From positions 2,792,001 to 2,856,000 of the forward strand of contig CM119373.1 in assembly GCA_051294905.1 (NCBI GenBank): DNA of 64,000 nt. Direction: 5' to 3'. A program made the position numbers and the translations under genes. The stretch is from Botryllus schlosseri (lineage: Eukaryota). Within the stretch, counting starts at the first letter, position 1; each line of letters begins with the position of its first letter. Shown one piece after another: positions 39,248 through 52,210 of this stretch. A model generated the notes under the pieces. It did not search any database, had not been told where the DNA came from, and saw only the letters and a list, made by a program, of their open reading frames with translations.

Positions 39248-42200
39248 ATCTAATATGATTTTAATCATTTCTCTGTTTTGATAGCCTTTGAATATTATAA
39301 GGGAATGACCAGATGGTATCTGACAGCGAAGAACTTCTGGCAAAAGAGTATTCAAAGCATGATCCGGACTGGTCAAAAATTAGCGCGCTGTTCAAAAAAT
39401 TTCACAGCTCACGTCGCCAAATAATAGCGGATATGCCCACACGAAGTGTTCGTGAAATACTGAAGAAATTTCCGTATCTTTCCAATATGAAGCTAGAGTG
39501 AGTATCTGGATTCTAGGCAAGAATGTGCTCAATTCACTCGCATTGTGTGATAACCTTGGCGATAAAATGCTAATGTTCCACTTGAATGTTCAGATCTGAG
39601 AAGAATTTGAGCTTTTAACATCATGCTCGACACCGAAAATGACGCAGCAGTACCGAATTATGCTCTCTACTGTGGATAAGATGATTGGTGCAATTTCGGA
39701 AGGAACGGTCAGTACTAAATTATTTATTATTCACGCACCCATACTGAACACATCCTATACGACGGAAATTAGTAGAATAAGGTGGCAGGGGTTTCAAACT
39801 GAACTGGTATCGCGGGCCGGATTCAAACATTCAGATCGCTCACGGGGGCTGTACCAGACAAATGATTCTTATACGTTGCCTTGAAATTCATGCCATTGTT
39901 TTCACGGGTATACTTTATTATCAAATCTTGTATGCAAGGCGATAGAAATATATGTTTAACATGCTCGTGCTCGTGCATAAGACCTAATGTACTAACTTTC
40001 TTAAAACTATGTTTTACAGGGAGAAGATGAAAGAAAAGAGGTCAGAACTCTGCTATTTCTTCAGAAAGAATTGACCGATGGGCGAATAAGATCAAAGTCA
40101 ACGTTGCTCGCCATCGACGTAAAACAGGTATAATTCTAGGTCACAAGTAACCAAACAGATACCCACTGTGCAGCAGCCACATATGGCCGACGAGAAGGTT
40201 TTAAGGAAGGAGGTGATTGTTGCAATTAGATATATTACCAATTACCACGTTGGCTACCCCTGTTCTACCTCGATACTTTAAGCCAGGGGCTGGTGGCCCG
40301 TGAGAAAGTTTTGTGTGGTGTGGTGCAAATGACTCGTGTCAAGCCGAGTCCTCAGAAAATCGTGACCCGAGTCATTACAACCCTGGAAATGTCCATGTGG
40401 TCTAATTGTAATTCTAATCTAATTGGGTAAATGTGTTTGTGCTCTAATTTTAGTTCGAATCTAATTTAGTGTTTTCATGAAAGTGCCTGTTTGTCTGCGG
40501 CATTTTGCAACAAGAATATCCCTCTCGCGCTGAGTGCCAAGCCGCCATCGCATTACTTGCACCGTCCGTACAATAGTAGTTACTGTGACCAATGATAGCC
40601 ATGCTGCGGCATATATATGGTGGCTTGTACAGTCTGCGAACAACATTATAGTTGCGATCGCGTTTTTAAAACTTCCCGTTAACACAGCGTCATGCTCACT
40701 TGCATGAGCGATGAGCATGGTTACCACAAAAGAAGTAATTTTACTAAAGAAGTACAGACACAACAAGAAGTCTTATGATCATTAGCTTCATTTTATTTTG
40801 AACTATATTGAGCCGCGCACTATACCTGATCAGTTATCATGTTTATCATCGACTAATGAATCGATATTAGGACTATTTTATATTCATACATGTATAGCTG
40901 AAAGAATATTTCATCCTAAAGATTGATTTTGTGGGAAACCCCTAAGCCATTTTCTGGGCGTCTTGGGTGTCATCAGTAGTCCAAGTATTAGTCAATGTCA
41001 CCCTGCTAAGTTTCACAGTACATTTTTGCGACTAACGCGCTAGCCAAAACCTGCTTTAGGGATATAGTGTAAAGTAAAGATTGAAAGCACTTCGTTACAA
41101 ACGTTATTCTGAGTGTGGACTTTTGAGCTATATGTGCATTGAAGTCGAAGCTAAGAGTGTTATCTTTTATTCTTGCTCAGCAATACCTCGAACAGTCGTG
41201 CTTCGAAAATGGTTGTCATCATTTGATATGTTAACTATATATATATATACTCTTGCCGCATGATTTATATGCATTCGTGTTATTTCAGGGGCATGAAGCT
41301 GAAGTTGCATCTTCGAAAATGGATCCACCACACCTACTGATCGTCTGCCATGAGTCGGGCGTTCATCAAGGATGGGTATTGGTTGATAATACCAGTATTT
41401 CATGCACAAGAGGACAAGGGATCCTAGGCATGGTCATTGACCTCATGTCTTGTTTCTATGCCTGGGACCTTGCATACCCTAAAACCTTCATGGTTCTCGG
41501 GTTTTTACAAAAGATGGTAATCGGGGACGTGAAAATTGCTTTGAGATACTAAGATAAAGGGGGCGCGACAATGTTACCTGACAGTTGACTGAGTTGAGCA
41601 TGAGACGGTATTTCAAGTGCATGCATATGGATGAACTGTTATTTTGCAATAAAATTCGTTTTCATTTCAAGCTCTGTGTCGTTGTTCAGCATGACAGCGT
41701 AGCGATTTTCATTTTGAGCTCTGCGTTGGTAATTAACGCATCAGCGTTAAACTTGAACGTAAAAAGTGGTAGACGTAATTGTAGACACAATCGGACGGTA
41801 AAAAGGGGCTCACTTTTGGCGTTTAATTTTACGTCTTAGAAACGCTTTTGAAACTCAAGAGTGAGGACTACATCCTTATGCGGCAATTTTACGGTTTCAT
41901 CGGAACACGCCTGTCATACCGATGATATATATTTACGTGCTATAACCGCTCAACCGACGACGATTTCGAGGGTTCTAGCCACTTCATACCGTATACGTCG
42001 ACGATATCGGATGCAAATCTTCCATTTAGGCCAGCGGCTCTTGAACTTTTTGAACCGCGACCCAAATCTGAATTTTGTAGGCATCTCGCGACCAATGTTC
42101 CCTTTAATTTTTGATGAGTCTACACACACTTACCAACTCACTACGCAGACCCTTGGAGAACAGTGCGTAACGACTAAAAAAGGTCATCACTTCGGATTTT

Positions 42201-42336
42201 TTGTGCGCAACTTGAATTTTCTGTGCGCAGAGACCGCGACAGCACTGCGCATTTGCGCACGTGCGCAGGTTAGAGGGAAAATTGCTCGCGACCCAAACCT
42301 CACACATCGAAATTAATTCATTTTTATGTTAGTATT

Positions 42337-43510
42337 CGGGATGGTGTAAACTTATGAAAGGATCAGGTTTGTGTGAACGCGAGCCTTTTCGAAAGGTTCT
42401 GTTTGAACGCCAACGTGAACCTCGTGAAGTCAAGTGACGTCAAATTGCTAATTTCAACCCTACATTTCAGTGACGTGATAGTCTATATCAGTGGTCGGGA
42501 ACCTTTTTGGTCCGAAGAGCCATATTGGCCCTATTTTTCCATCTCAATTCCCAAAGAGCCATACATGACATTCAACTGTTACGTCACAATTGAAAATTCA
42601 GGACATCATGGTAGCAGTAATTAGAACTCACTATACATGGGATTCCTCGTGTGCGGCATATTTTCCCTGTAAAAACTGGTATTTATTGTTCGAAAATAAA
42701 GCTCGAAACGAGTGGTAAGGCACAGACGGGCCAAGCCTCACCGTTGATAACACTATTCGTCGTATAAGTAGCTTAGAATTTATTGTAACTGATATTAATC
42801 GAATGTGACTGTCACTCTGATACTTATCGACTTCTCAATTCTCAAAGAATTCGGTGGTAACATGATGTTGGGCTACACGCATACATTTTATCGCCGGCAC
42901 TACATAGAGCTATACTTAGTACTTACCAATCAAGAACGTGGGGATATATGGCGTTGTTTGTAATTAGAGTTTGTAATTGTGGATGTCACATCAACAAGCC
43001 GCGCCGTAGATAAGCAAGACAATTTGTATTTGAAAACTGCGTTTTAAAATGAGCGTCGCCATGTCTGCTATGCTCTTTGATTAATCAACTTATCGCACAG
43101 TTCAAGATTTGGAGTCGGGTACGTAGAATTCGTGAGAGACATTGGCCGCCGGCGTGACAGCTACATAAATTTGATCATTTTCAAAAGAGGGTGTGAGCCC
43201 CTAAACCTCAAGACAGCATTGTCTTCACCTCTCAAAGACATGTTTACACTGCCACGAGAATAATTATATTGGCCATGATGAAAATTTACCAACAAGTCGC
43301 TGCAATATTGATCAATTCAGTACAAAAATAAATATTCGGCAAAGAGCCATATCTTATACCCAAAAGAGCCATATATGGCTCGCGAGCCATAGGTTCCCGA
43401 CCACATGATGAATACACAAGATACTTAGCGACGACTCGGGCCACATGATGCCACAATGCTGAAGTACATATTGACGTTTTAAACGCCGCCAAATGTATCA
43501 ACTGCGGCAA
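42337..43510. mobile_element. Partial GGGATGGTGTGAAC-family MITE with a nested CAGTGGTCGGGAACC MITE (42489-43407)
   Basis: The outer parts are the reverse complement of ~49040-49267. The inner element is homologous to 22296-23221. Confidence 0.8.
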
Positions 43511-43944
43511 TCAAATGAAATAATAACCCAAAAAAAATCAACATCTTTGATCGCTTTGCCACCAATTTCAGCGAGGACTTGCGAGGGAATATGAGCTTAT
43601 GCCTTATCCGGTCAGACCAGACAATGTATTCAGTGTCAGAGTATTGCTACTTCGTTATGGACCAGAGTGTAAAACGGGTTTGTATTGATACCGATATTAC
43701 CCCAGCAACAAGTCATACAGCAATAGCCAGCACCCCAAGCGCGCGGATTTGGTTTTTTATGATATATGAAGTCAGGATTGACCCCGTACGCCTGCTAGAA
43801 TTTTTAAATTAGACAATGAATGATATCAATTGATTGACTCTTTTGTGACTATTGTAAAATGTTGAAATGTCGAGACGAATACTGATCGCATTTCCAGTTT
43901 CGACAAAAATAACTAGATGGAAAATAAAGTGATAGGGCTTCATG

Positions 43945-44200
43945 AGATGAGAGAGAGAGAGAGATATGATATTCTTTTCGCCTGCACCATCGAGATGCTT
44001 TGACGACGGAGTTGCGATACGGCCCCATGAGGTCATCTAGTCTGCGCGCCCGTTTTTTATTCTCCTCCATGCTATCCGTGATTGCTGAGCGCCTAGCAGG
44101 ATAGCTGCTGATACCATTTTTCGAGTCTTTCGTATGACCCGGCCGGGAATCGAACCCACGACCTACCGCTCGAGAAGCCGGACGCATAATCATTACACTA
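43945..44200 (-). mobile_element. tRNA-derived SINE, MetaSINE-like
   Basis: The minus strand has box B GGTTCGATTCCC, then CCGGGTCATACGAAAGACTCGAAAAATGGTATCAGCAGCTATCCTGCTAGGCGCTCAGCA (recalled Meta-domain-like core) and a (TC)n tail. Confidence 0.65.
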
Positions 44201-44464
44201 TGAATGTGTGAATATTACTAGCGAGAAACACTACTGGTATTAACGGATATAAGACAGTACCATGTTTACAGACTTAAAACAATATCATCTTGATTCAAGG
44301 CGACGAATTAACACATTTTGCTATTATGCAACTTGCAGTTTTGTAACGAGTTTGATCTCACTCACTATTCGCTAATAATCCGACAATCGCAGCACAGTGA
44401 AACGCACTATCGATTTCGGAAACAGACAGTGTTGTATAAATTGGATCGTCGTAGCGATGGCCAG

Positions 44465-45748
44465 CAGGCCGTGTTATTTTTGGCATATGCCAAAACTGCC
44501 AAAAATAACTTATTTTTGGCATTTTTCGATTTTTATTTTTGGCAGTTTTGGCATCGTCCTCTAAATAGATAGTTTCAGCCTCGAATTAGTCACAAAAACG
44601 CTTTATTTGGGCTAGTTTGTCAAGAGACACCACAAAATGTGCAGCATCCACGTATAATCAGTACCAACGAACAATAAGAAGAAGAAAAAACCTGACGATT
44701 TCATAGGTTAATAATATCAAACAAAAACACAAAATGTGCAGTATCCATGGGAATCGGTGCCAACGAGCAAAAAAAAGAAAAGCCTAACAAACACGCTCAA
44801 CAGCTGATTGTTACAGCTGTTGAATAGACTTAAATCGTTTGCACTGTAACAGTGCTTCCAAACTCATGTCAGCTAAGTTTCCCCTAAATTCCTTTCTCGC
44901 CCAGCGAATCTGGGAAATATCGGCTTCAACAGTAGCCGTTGAGGGACAGAATGTTGCCAGTCATCCACAAAAGAATTTCAGAGCTTCAAAATCTTTGGAA
45001 GGCCGAATCGGCTTCCATGCATCATGAAAAGAGATCACTACGCCAGTGCCATCGATCTCATCGCGGAATGAATTTTCTTCCCGATCCTTTTCCAGGAGTT
45101 TCCTGTGTTCTCTCTCAACACATTCTATTTATAGTAGCCCGACCATCATTTCTCCTTCAGTCGACCGGTATATTTTCGGAAGACTTTTGTCATTTCAGGT
45201 AGCTTTAATATTGCTAACTCGCATGGAAGAGTCCTGGGAAGGTTAGCTTGTTTGAGAACATTGACGCAACAAGACTGTCTGGCAAAACGAGACTATGCAG
45301 CTCAGAAATAGCCAGACAGTTTGTTGCGTCACCATGTTCAACTCGATCGCGTTGCAAAAATCGTGGTTGATTTTGGGTATTCCAGTTCCATGAGCAGAAT
45401 ATAATTTATATTTTAATAATCAGTACTGCGGCAGCTTCTCATTGATACCCGTTTTATCAAAGTTAGCGCTCGACAAGCCGGTCAAAAATGGTTGTACACC
45501 ATTTAGGACACCATGCTGTCACCCCTAATGGGTGGGCTGGACCCAGATTAAGAAACCTGCCATTCACAAACGCTCTTCTCGCTTGTAAAGCGGTCCTGTT
45601 AACACAACACCACGAACGAAATGCACTATTTGGCAGGCCGTGTTATTTTTGGCATATGACAAAAATTGCTTATTTTTGGCATTTTCAAATTTTTATTTTT
45701 GGCAGTTTTGGCATCTGGCTCCTGAAATGCCAAAAATAACACGGCCTG
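44465..45748. mobile_element. Non-autonomous hAT-type element, near-identical to 61441-62794
   Basis: TIRs CAGGCCGTGTTATT/AATAACACGGCCTG. It has a ~70-bp internal deletion relative to the other copy, and no clear TSD here. Confidence 0.9.
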
Positions 45749-47163
45749 CCAATAAGTAATGTGAAGAAAATACATCCCCTTCGTTTTTGTGACCTTTATG
45801 GTGTCTTCGACTGCAATAATAGGCATTTACAACTATGGTCGATATTCTATTTTATGATTTCATATCTGCCAACTTGTAGCATGGCCAACTTATAGGCGTT
45901 TGTAAGACACTTCTCACATGGAAGAGATGGCGAGGATTAGCGTTGATATAGCCTGCGTGTGAAGATGGCTAATGTGATAGGAAACAGGTCACAAACTCAA
46001 TGAGCTACCCTTATAGGTTTTATATAATTGCGAATCTTAAACCAAGGAAATCTGCATCCCGAAACAAAATCAACAATCTAACCCTGATTTTCCACAGTCT
46101 GAATGGTGTCTTCAACCAAATTTGATGTTAGTGAGTTACATATTTAGATCTAGTGATACAGTGTCCATTTGAATCTTGTAAAAAGAAGATTGGACGATCA
46201 AAGGGCAATAGAGAATATAAAACCGAAATTCGGACCTTCAATGATATATGGTTATGCTTTCGTTTCGTCCTTTTCGTTGAGCAATCTGTATAACTGAGTA
46301 TGTCACTAAATGAAAATTTAATATGTATTGTAGAATGTAGGCAGAGTTGCTACGGCTAACAGAGTGCAAAGAAAACGCTCTCGCGCATCCCCCTTCTCTT
46401 GCTGCTGATATTTGCGTAACTTTATCGGGCTGGGTTACCATACGTCTTCTTTTAAAAGAATTTGTCCTTTATCCTCTTTTTTGAATGTTTTGAAAGTGTC
46501 CTCGGAGGACGCCCAAATGTCCTGTTTTTTGAATTTTTTTTTAATGTTCGTGGAAATTGCACTGAGATATAGGGAATCCGCGCTCAAGTAGCGGTCCGGC
46601 GGGTTTTTCGGGACCTGAGCCATAAAAAGTAACCTTTTTTTAGTCAACCAACCACAAACTATGGAATATTCACCATTTCTACGTATTTTAATCCAGTATT
46701 GTATATCTGAAAATTATGAAAAAGTATCCTCTTTTCAGATTCCAAAAATATGGTAGCCCTATATTAGGTACTTTACGTGTGTGTGGTGGGGGAATGCCTC
46801 ACCAGCCATGAACCTAACCGCAGGTCACTGAGTTAACTGTAGACACGGACGCTGTCAGGCTTTCCAATATTATGAAATCAGCATTCGGGTTTTTCCAGAA
46901 GCTGATTTCAGTCAGCTGTGAGATCAGATCAAACACATATATCATTATATTATAAGTGCAACTTATTATCCGTGCTGACTACGGCTGTGCATTGACATTT
47001 TAGATCCATTAACGAACTATTTGTCCAGAAAAATAAGTGCGTAGTGTGCACGTTCTTGCCTTCTCGTAATATTCACCGACTTGATCGTATAATGGTGAGT
47101 AGAGTGCAAACGCAGCCATGACGTATGCAAGTTCATTATATTATGACATATGTGCATTTTAAC

Positions 47164-49800
47164 CAGGGCTGTGGAGTCGGTCGATTTTACCACCGACTCC
47201 AACTCCGACTTCACACATTTTCAATGGACCGACTCCGACTCCTGAGTCTTAAACGTATCGACTCCGACTCCTACCCCAACCCCGACTCCAACAGTATTAC
47301 CAATTCCCTTCGAAACTTATATGCCACAGTGACGGTTAAATGACTATCATATAACCAATAAACATCTGCAAACATATGATAAACAACAGCGTGCAAAATT
47401 GTTTCATTGCGGCACAGGTCGAATTATTCACTATGCTAAATTTTGTTCCTTTTTTTATATTTTATCAGTTTTCATAACATGGACTCTTTAATAACCTAAT
47501 ATATATGCATCATTCGAACACGACATACCTCCCATACTGTATAATTAAAATGTAGATAAGCAATCGAAGTGTTACTCTCTTTCCATGAGTCAGCAACTAA
47601 TACAAGATGCATCTTACTGATATTCTAATTACACACTGCACTGATTACAAGCACACACACTCTCACTACTAATAGACATTGGTCATAAACGGAATTTAGG
47701 AACTAGTCAAATAGCATAAGTCAATAGTCTACATGCACTTGATCAAGTATTCAAAGACTAGGACTTGCAGTCTTTCATAATCATTTGTTCGAACCAAGCA
47801 GCTAAGCTACACTACAAATATTTTTAATTTTATCAAGTGGGAAGGAGCGTTTGGTTATATTTACATCAACTTTACAACCAGACGATATATGTACTCAGTC
47901 ACAATATCATGGTATGCTTCCAAAATTTGCATCAATTTGTGACTGCATCGCGAAGATGCACATTGCTTCTTTCTTCCGCTATGCAACTGAATTGTATTTT
48001 GCAAATAATGTTCAGTTCTAGCTATGTCAGGGGTGGCCAACCTTTTCGGCCAAAGGGTCACATGAGATTTACGAACCATTGCGCGTGTAACTTTAATGTT
48101 GATAACCTTTTCTTTAGTCCTCCGATAGGAACGAACCGAATTCGGTAACATTGAAAACAATACTTATATGACTACGTTTTAAAATTGATAACAATTATGT
48201 CATGAAAATCAGTGTACAACTATACAGTGTGCAGTAATGCCCTAATCGCGCGAAGCACGAAATTTCTTCAAGGTAATGCATGAATTCGATCAATAAATTA
48301 GGGATGGTGTGAACGCGAAGTTCACGTTCGCGTTCTGTGTGTGAACCTCGGAAATCTAGAGGTTCGCGTTGACAACAGAACCTTGGTAGATTCTGCACTG
48401 TGAACCTTTTTGGTAAATAGTAATTTGGACTTCACTATAAGATCTTTGGTTAAAATATATTGCATTTCAACTGCGGGTCACTCTATGCATGGCGCTGGCA
48501 GCATGAAAAATGAACACTAAACGAGCATGCACCTTGACAACATTAAAAGTTTTACTTGCTTTTTTGTTGCAAAAATTTCTCGAAATATCCAGCTTTCCGT
48601 TTGTGAATATTTAGTGACTCTCTGCTGTGAGCTTGACCCGCAACCACACAACATCACGAGCGATATACGTAGTCAGCGAATGATGCTTATTCAACAAATC
48701 AATGACATTGATATCGTTTTCTGATGTAAAAAATCGAGCGGGCGTACTGGGTCAATCTTGACTTCATATCCTTAATGTATCATTAAAACCAAATCCGTGC
48801 GATTAAGGTGCTGGCTACTGCTATATAACTTGTTGTTTATGGTATCGGTAGCGAGCAAAGAAACCCATTTTACACTCTGCTCAATATCAATGTAGCAATA
48901 CTCAGACTCCGAACATATTGTTAAGGCGTTAAGGAGACCGTTAAGGCGTAAGCTTATATTCCCTGGTAAGTCCTCGTCGAAATTGTTGGCAAAGCGACGG
49001 AATGTATTGATTTTATGAGATTATTATATGCCTTCATAACCGCGGTTGATACATTTAGCGACGTTTAAAACGCCAATATGTGCTTCAGCAATGTGACATT
49101 ATGTGGCCCGAGTCTTCGCTAGGTATCATAGGATATCACTTCGTTGAAAGATAGCGTTGGAATTAGCAATATGACGTCACGAGGTTCACGTTCGTGTTCA
49201 CACAGAACCTTTCAAAAAGGTTCGCGTTCACACGAACCCGAACCTTTCAGAGGTTCACACCATCCCTAATAAATATATTACTTGCACATAAGGGTGGTCG
49301 CCTCTGTATAGCAATGGGCTCATTTGGCAAGGACAGGATTATTTGGCGTTTTAGACATAGCAATATCGACGGTTTCGGTGAACACGCCTCTGTCACATTG
49401 CGCAAATGTTTCATCGCCGACGATCTCGCTTCCAGCGCACAAGCGAAGTTCTATGTTGGACGACACTTTATCTCCTAATTGCGAGTACAGTTCGACTCAA
49501 TTCTGTAAATTACGCGTATTCGTAATTTCTAGGAGGGCTTCCAATACTAAATGCTAGAATTGTAACAATAAATCATGCGAAGTGTCAAGACAAGTCAAAT
49601 AAATCTGCTACAGAATATTCTACTTCATGGTGTTATACGAATATCTGCGCTGAATAGGCTGGTCCCTGGTTACGTCAATGCGTCGAAATTGATGTTTTAG
49701 CCGTAATTAAATTTCGCGGTCAGGCTAATCAAATTTTAGTTGGCCTTGCAATTTTACCTGATGTTATATCTAATTTCGAGAATTACCTCGCGGGCCACAC
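47164..49800. mobile_element. (CCGACT)n-family MITE copy with a nested element at 48300-49267
   Basis: It is collinear with 6570-7800. The nested element has TIRs AGGGATGGTGTGAAC/GTTCACACCATCCCT and flanks AATAAATT/AATAAATA; the site is empty at ~7600. The right boundary is approximate. Confidence 0.8.
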
Positions 49801-50171
49801 AAAACCGGCATACCTAGCATATAACCTGAGTTTAGCGCCTATGCTTCAATTACAATTAGTAATATAGCAACATGTAATAGAATCAAATTCGTTCTTTCAC
49901 AGAGTAATCGATCAGACATGTGAAATAATCAATAAATATTACGATTAAACCGGATATTAATATTTTTAATGAAATTGTGATTGTAATTATATACCAATCA
50001 TGATTACCCCATGTCTGATTACAACCACACGAAACCATCAGTTTCCTATTATGAATTAACTGATATTTCGTGATATCTCTTCCTCTGGTGATAAGTTTGT
50101 CAAAAAACGAGTATGTCAATGTATCCGTCGCAACGTCTATGTTCAATTAGGTACGAGTTCTTTCTTTTCGT

Positions 50172-50439
50172 TTACGACGTAACCGGCCGCTCGCATATGG
50201 CTGCAAGCTTCCGTGTACACGAGATATCTCCAAGCCCGTTAAACGTATGGAATTCACTAAGCCAGAACAGGCAATTCTCAGCCGTTCCGCGATTCGGCTC
50301 CAAACGTCTCCAAGTTGTGAGGTCAGCAGTAGTCACCTCAACGGAATCCTGAAAAACCCACGTGTTTTCCGTGACGGCATCTGAACCCCCGACAAAGTAT
50401 GCTCTATTGTCTTGAAGCCCCATCTCAAATCTTTCGAAA
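50172..50439 (-). CDS. Terminal exon: C-terminal half of a C-type lectin domain (EPN type)
   Basis: YFVGGSDAVTENTWVFQDS..WRRLEPNRGTAENCLFW..GLGDISCTRKLAAICERPVTS*. Its phase-2 acceptor is compatible with exon 55329-55170. An alternative in-frame acceptor lies at 50430. Confidence 0.9.
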
Positions 50440-50874
50440 CTGGAAGGTTGAAATATTTCCGTTGTGCCATGCGACGCAAGGAGGAAGATTAACTGTACCG
50501 GGATCAAGGGCGTGGCCAAAAATTAATAGAGGCCCACTAATTAGATAAGGTAAAAGATGTCCCCCCCTTAAAAAAACACCAAAATCTATTTGTCTTGGAC
50601 CCATACTGGGTGATTAACACAATTTTTAGGGAGATCTTTCACCCACAGATATATGTAATGAAAGATCAGTGTGCTTCTACTTCCGCACAAAGCTAGAGAA
50701 TATATTCAAAAGTTAAGGGTCAATTGATCAATAATATTATTAGTTGCAATGGTCTTGGGCATCCCATTGGGCGATCAACCGAACTCCTGGGGGCTTCGTC
50801 ATATTAACATCTCATGTCACATCAACTCGAAAGTCTGACTTCATAGTCATGTATGCACATTGCACAGTGTACAC

Positions 50875-51678
50875 CAGGGGTCGCCAACTCAAAACGGGTC
50901 GCGGGCCACTTTTCAAATTTCGTAGCGGCCGCGGGCCGCATGAATTCGATATCGATATAAAGTAGGCAACCACGTTTTAAAACTCTACGTCGGTACAACA
51001 CTGTGCTACCTAACATAGACGATGGGTATAGTGATCACAAAAGAAGTAACATTTTATTAAAGGAATAAAAATAGAACAGAATATCACCGTCATCAATTTC
51101 ATTTTATTTTGAACTCTGAGCTGTGCACGATACCTTGAAACGCTTTTTGGGGCTGGCGAGATACGTTACTAGATGCATCTCCACGTAAAGCTTGATCTTG
51201 TGAAGAAGCCCTAAGCCAGTGGTTCTCAAACCTTTTTAGAGCTGCCCCGCTTTATGATACTGAAAATTGTCGTCCCCCCTTATTGTCACATCACAAAATG
51301 CACCCATAAAGCTAGTAATCCGAACGGATAGTTTAATGGCATGTATGGTTATGAATGTTGATGAGAGAATTCTATAATATGAATTCGGGACTGTACACAG
51401 AGCAATAACTATAATTTTTCAGTTGACTGCAGCTCCGCGCCACCTTCAGGTGCTTTCACGCCCCCACAAGGGGACGCGCCCCACAGTTTCAGAACCACTG
51501 CCCTAAGCCGTTTTCTAACCGTATCGGTCTTGGCTGTATTTCGGCCATTGCAGGTCAATTTCAGCATTTGCAAAATGTTTTCTTAGCTTTCTTCCGAAAT
51601 CTCAAATCAAGTCGCGGGCCGCAAAATATGACCTCGTGGGCCGCATGCGGCCCGCGGGCTGCGTGTTGGTGACCCCTG
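50875..51678. mobile_element. hAT-type MITE with a nested MITE (51217-51500)
   Basis: Outer TIRs CAGGGGTCGCCAAC/GTTGGTGACCCCTG with TSD GTGTACAC. Inner TIRs CAGTGGTTCT/AGAACCACTG with TSD CCCTAAGC. Confidence 0.9.
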
Positions 51679-52210
51679 GTGTACACCGTGCACATCATAT
51701 ATATTGTCGCGAATCCTGAAGAAATTTCCTAATGCGTGCCTGAATTTTACCAATAATTGCATATCATATAATTGCCCACTTGATAATTTTTACAGGTAGA
51801 GCTAAGGGATGTGGCGTCTTCACACGTTTTTACACGTTAATGATATAGAATTAATTAAATATTTTATCCATCCACGAGCGGGCGGGCGGGCGATGTTATT
51901 TAATTAATCTGTTACATGGTCTTATTTCGTGACCTCTCGGCTTCCATATGGGTAAAAGATATTGGAGTAGCACAAATGTATCAGACTGAACTAAAAGACG
52001 CGCCTCTTTCGTGAGACATCCACGATTCCAAGTTGGCATTTCATCACGGACTGCGGCATTTTTTCAGATTGCCAAGATAGAGCTATTCGGTGCCGACCAT
52101 TTATGCACGTATATGAACATTTGACAACTGAACATTAGGCGTCAAAATTCCTATTTCGATATATTAAGCTATAGTTAATTTTATTTTTTCTGGGGGGATG
52201 AGGTACTCAT

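Larger units (their letters stand above)
35699..41552 (+). pseudogene. Ten-exon SAM-domain (SAMD3-like) gene of EnSpm copy A, with a few lesions
   Basis: Exons: 35699-35768, 37850-37953, 38040-38135, 38197-38268, 38332-38708, 38773-38866, 39285-~39497, 39594-39707, 40020-40127, 41289-41552. Exons 1+2 give the SAM-like MDSELAQYLLGNGLEQRHVYLLKENEVSSRTFGMLADEDFIEMDFKVGMRRLL. The last exon has LMSCFYAWDLAYPK..LGFLQK. Frameshifts occur near 38670 and 39310, and there is a TGA at 39597. AATAAA is at 41648. Confidence 0.8.
35414..41863 (+). mobile_element. CACTA/EnSpm-like DNA transposon (copy A), ~6.4 kb, non-autonomous
   Basis: The 5' end is CACTGTAAATTCCAAGCGTT. The candidate 3' end is AACGCTTTTGAAACTCAAGAGTG (imperfect TIR, no clear TSD). 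It contains an EnSpm-type transposase ORF and a spliced SAM-domain gene. Confidence 0.75.

Noticed and set aside
44130..44200. tRNA gene candidates (also ~23230-23290 and ~23530-23600)
   Set aside because: Box A/B motifs are present but there is no convincing cloverleaf. SINE body sequence follows.
44839..45246. ORFs repeated at 61815-62220
   Set aside because: They are inside near-identical MITE copies, an indel changes the frame between copies, and they have no recognisable domain.
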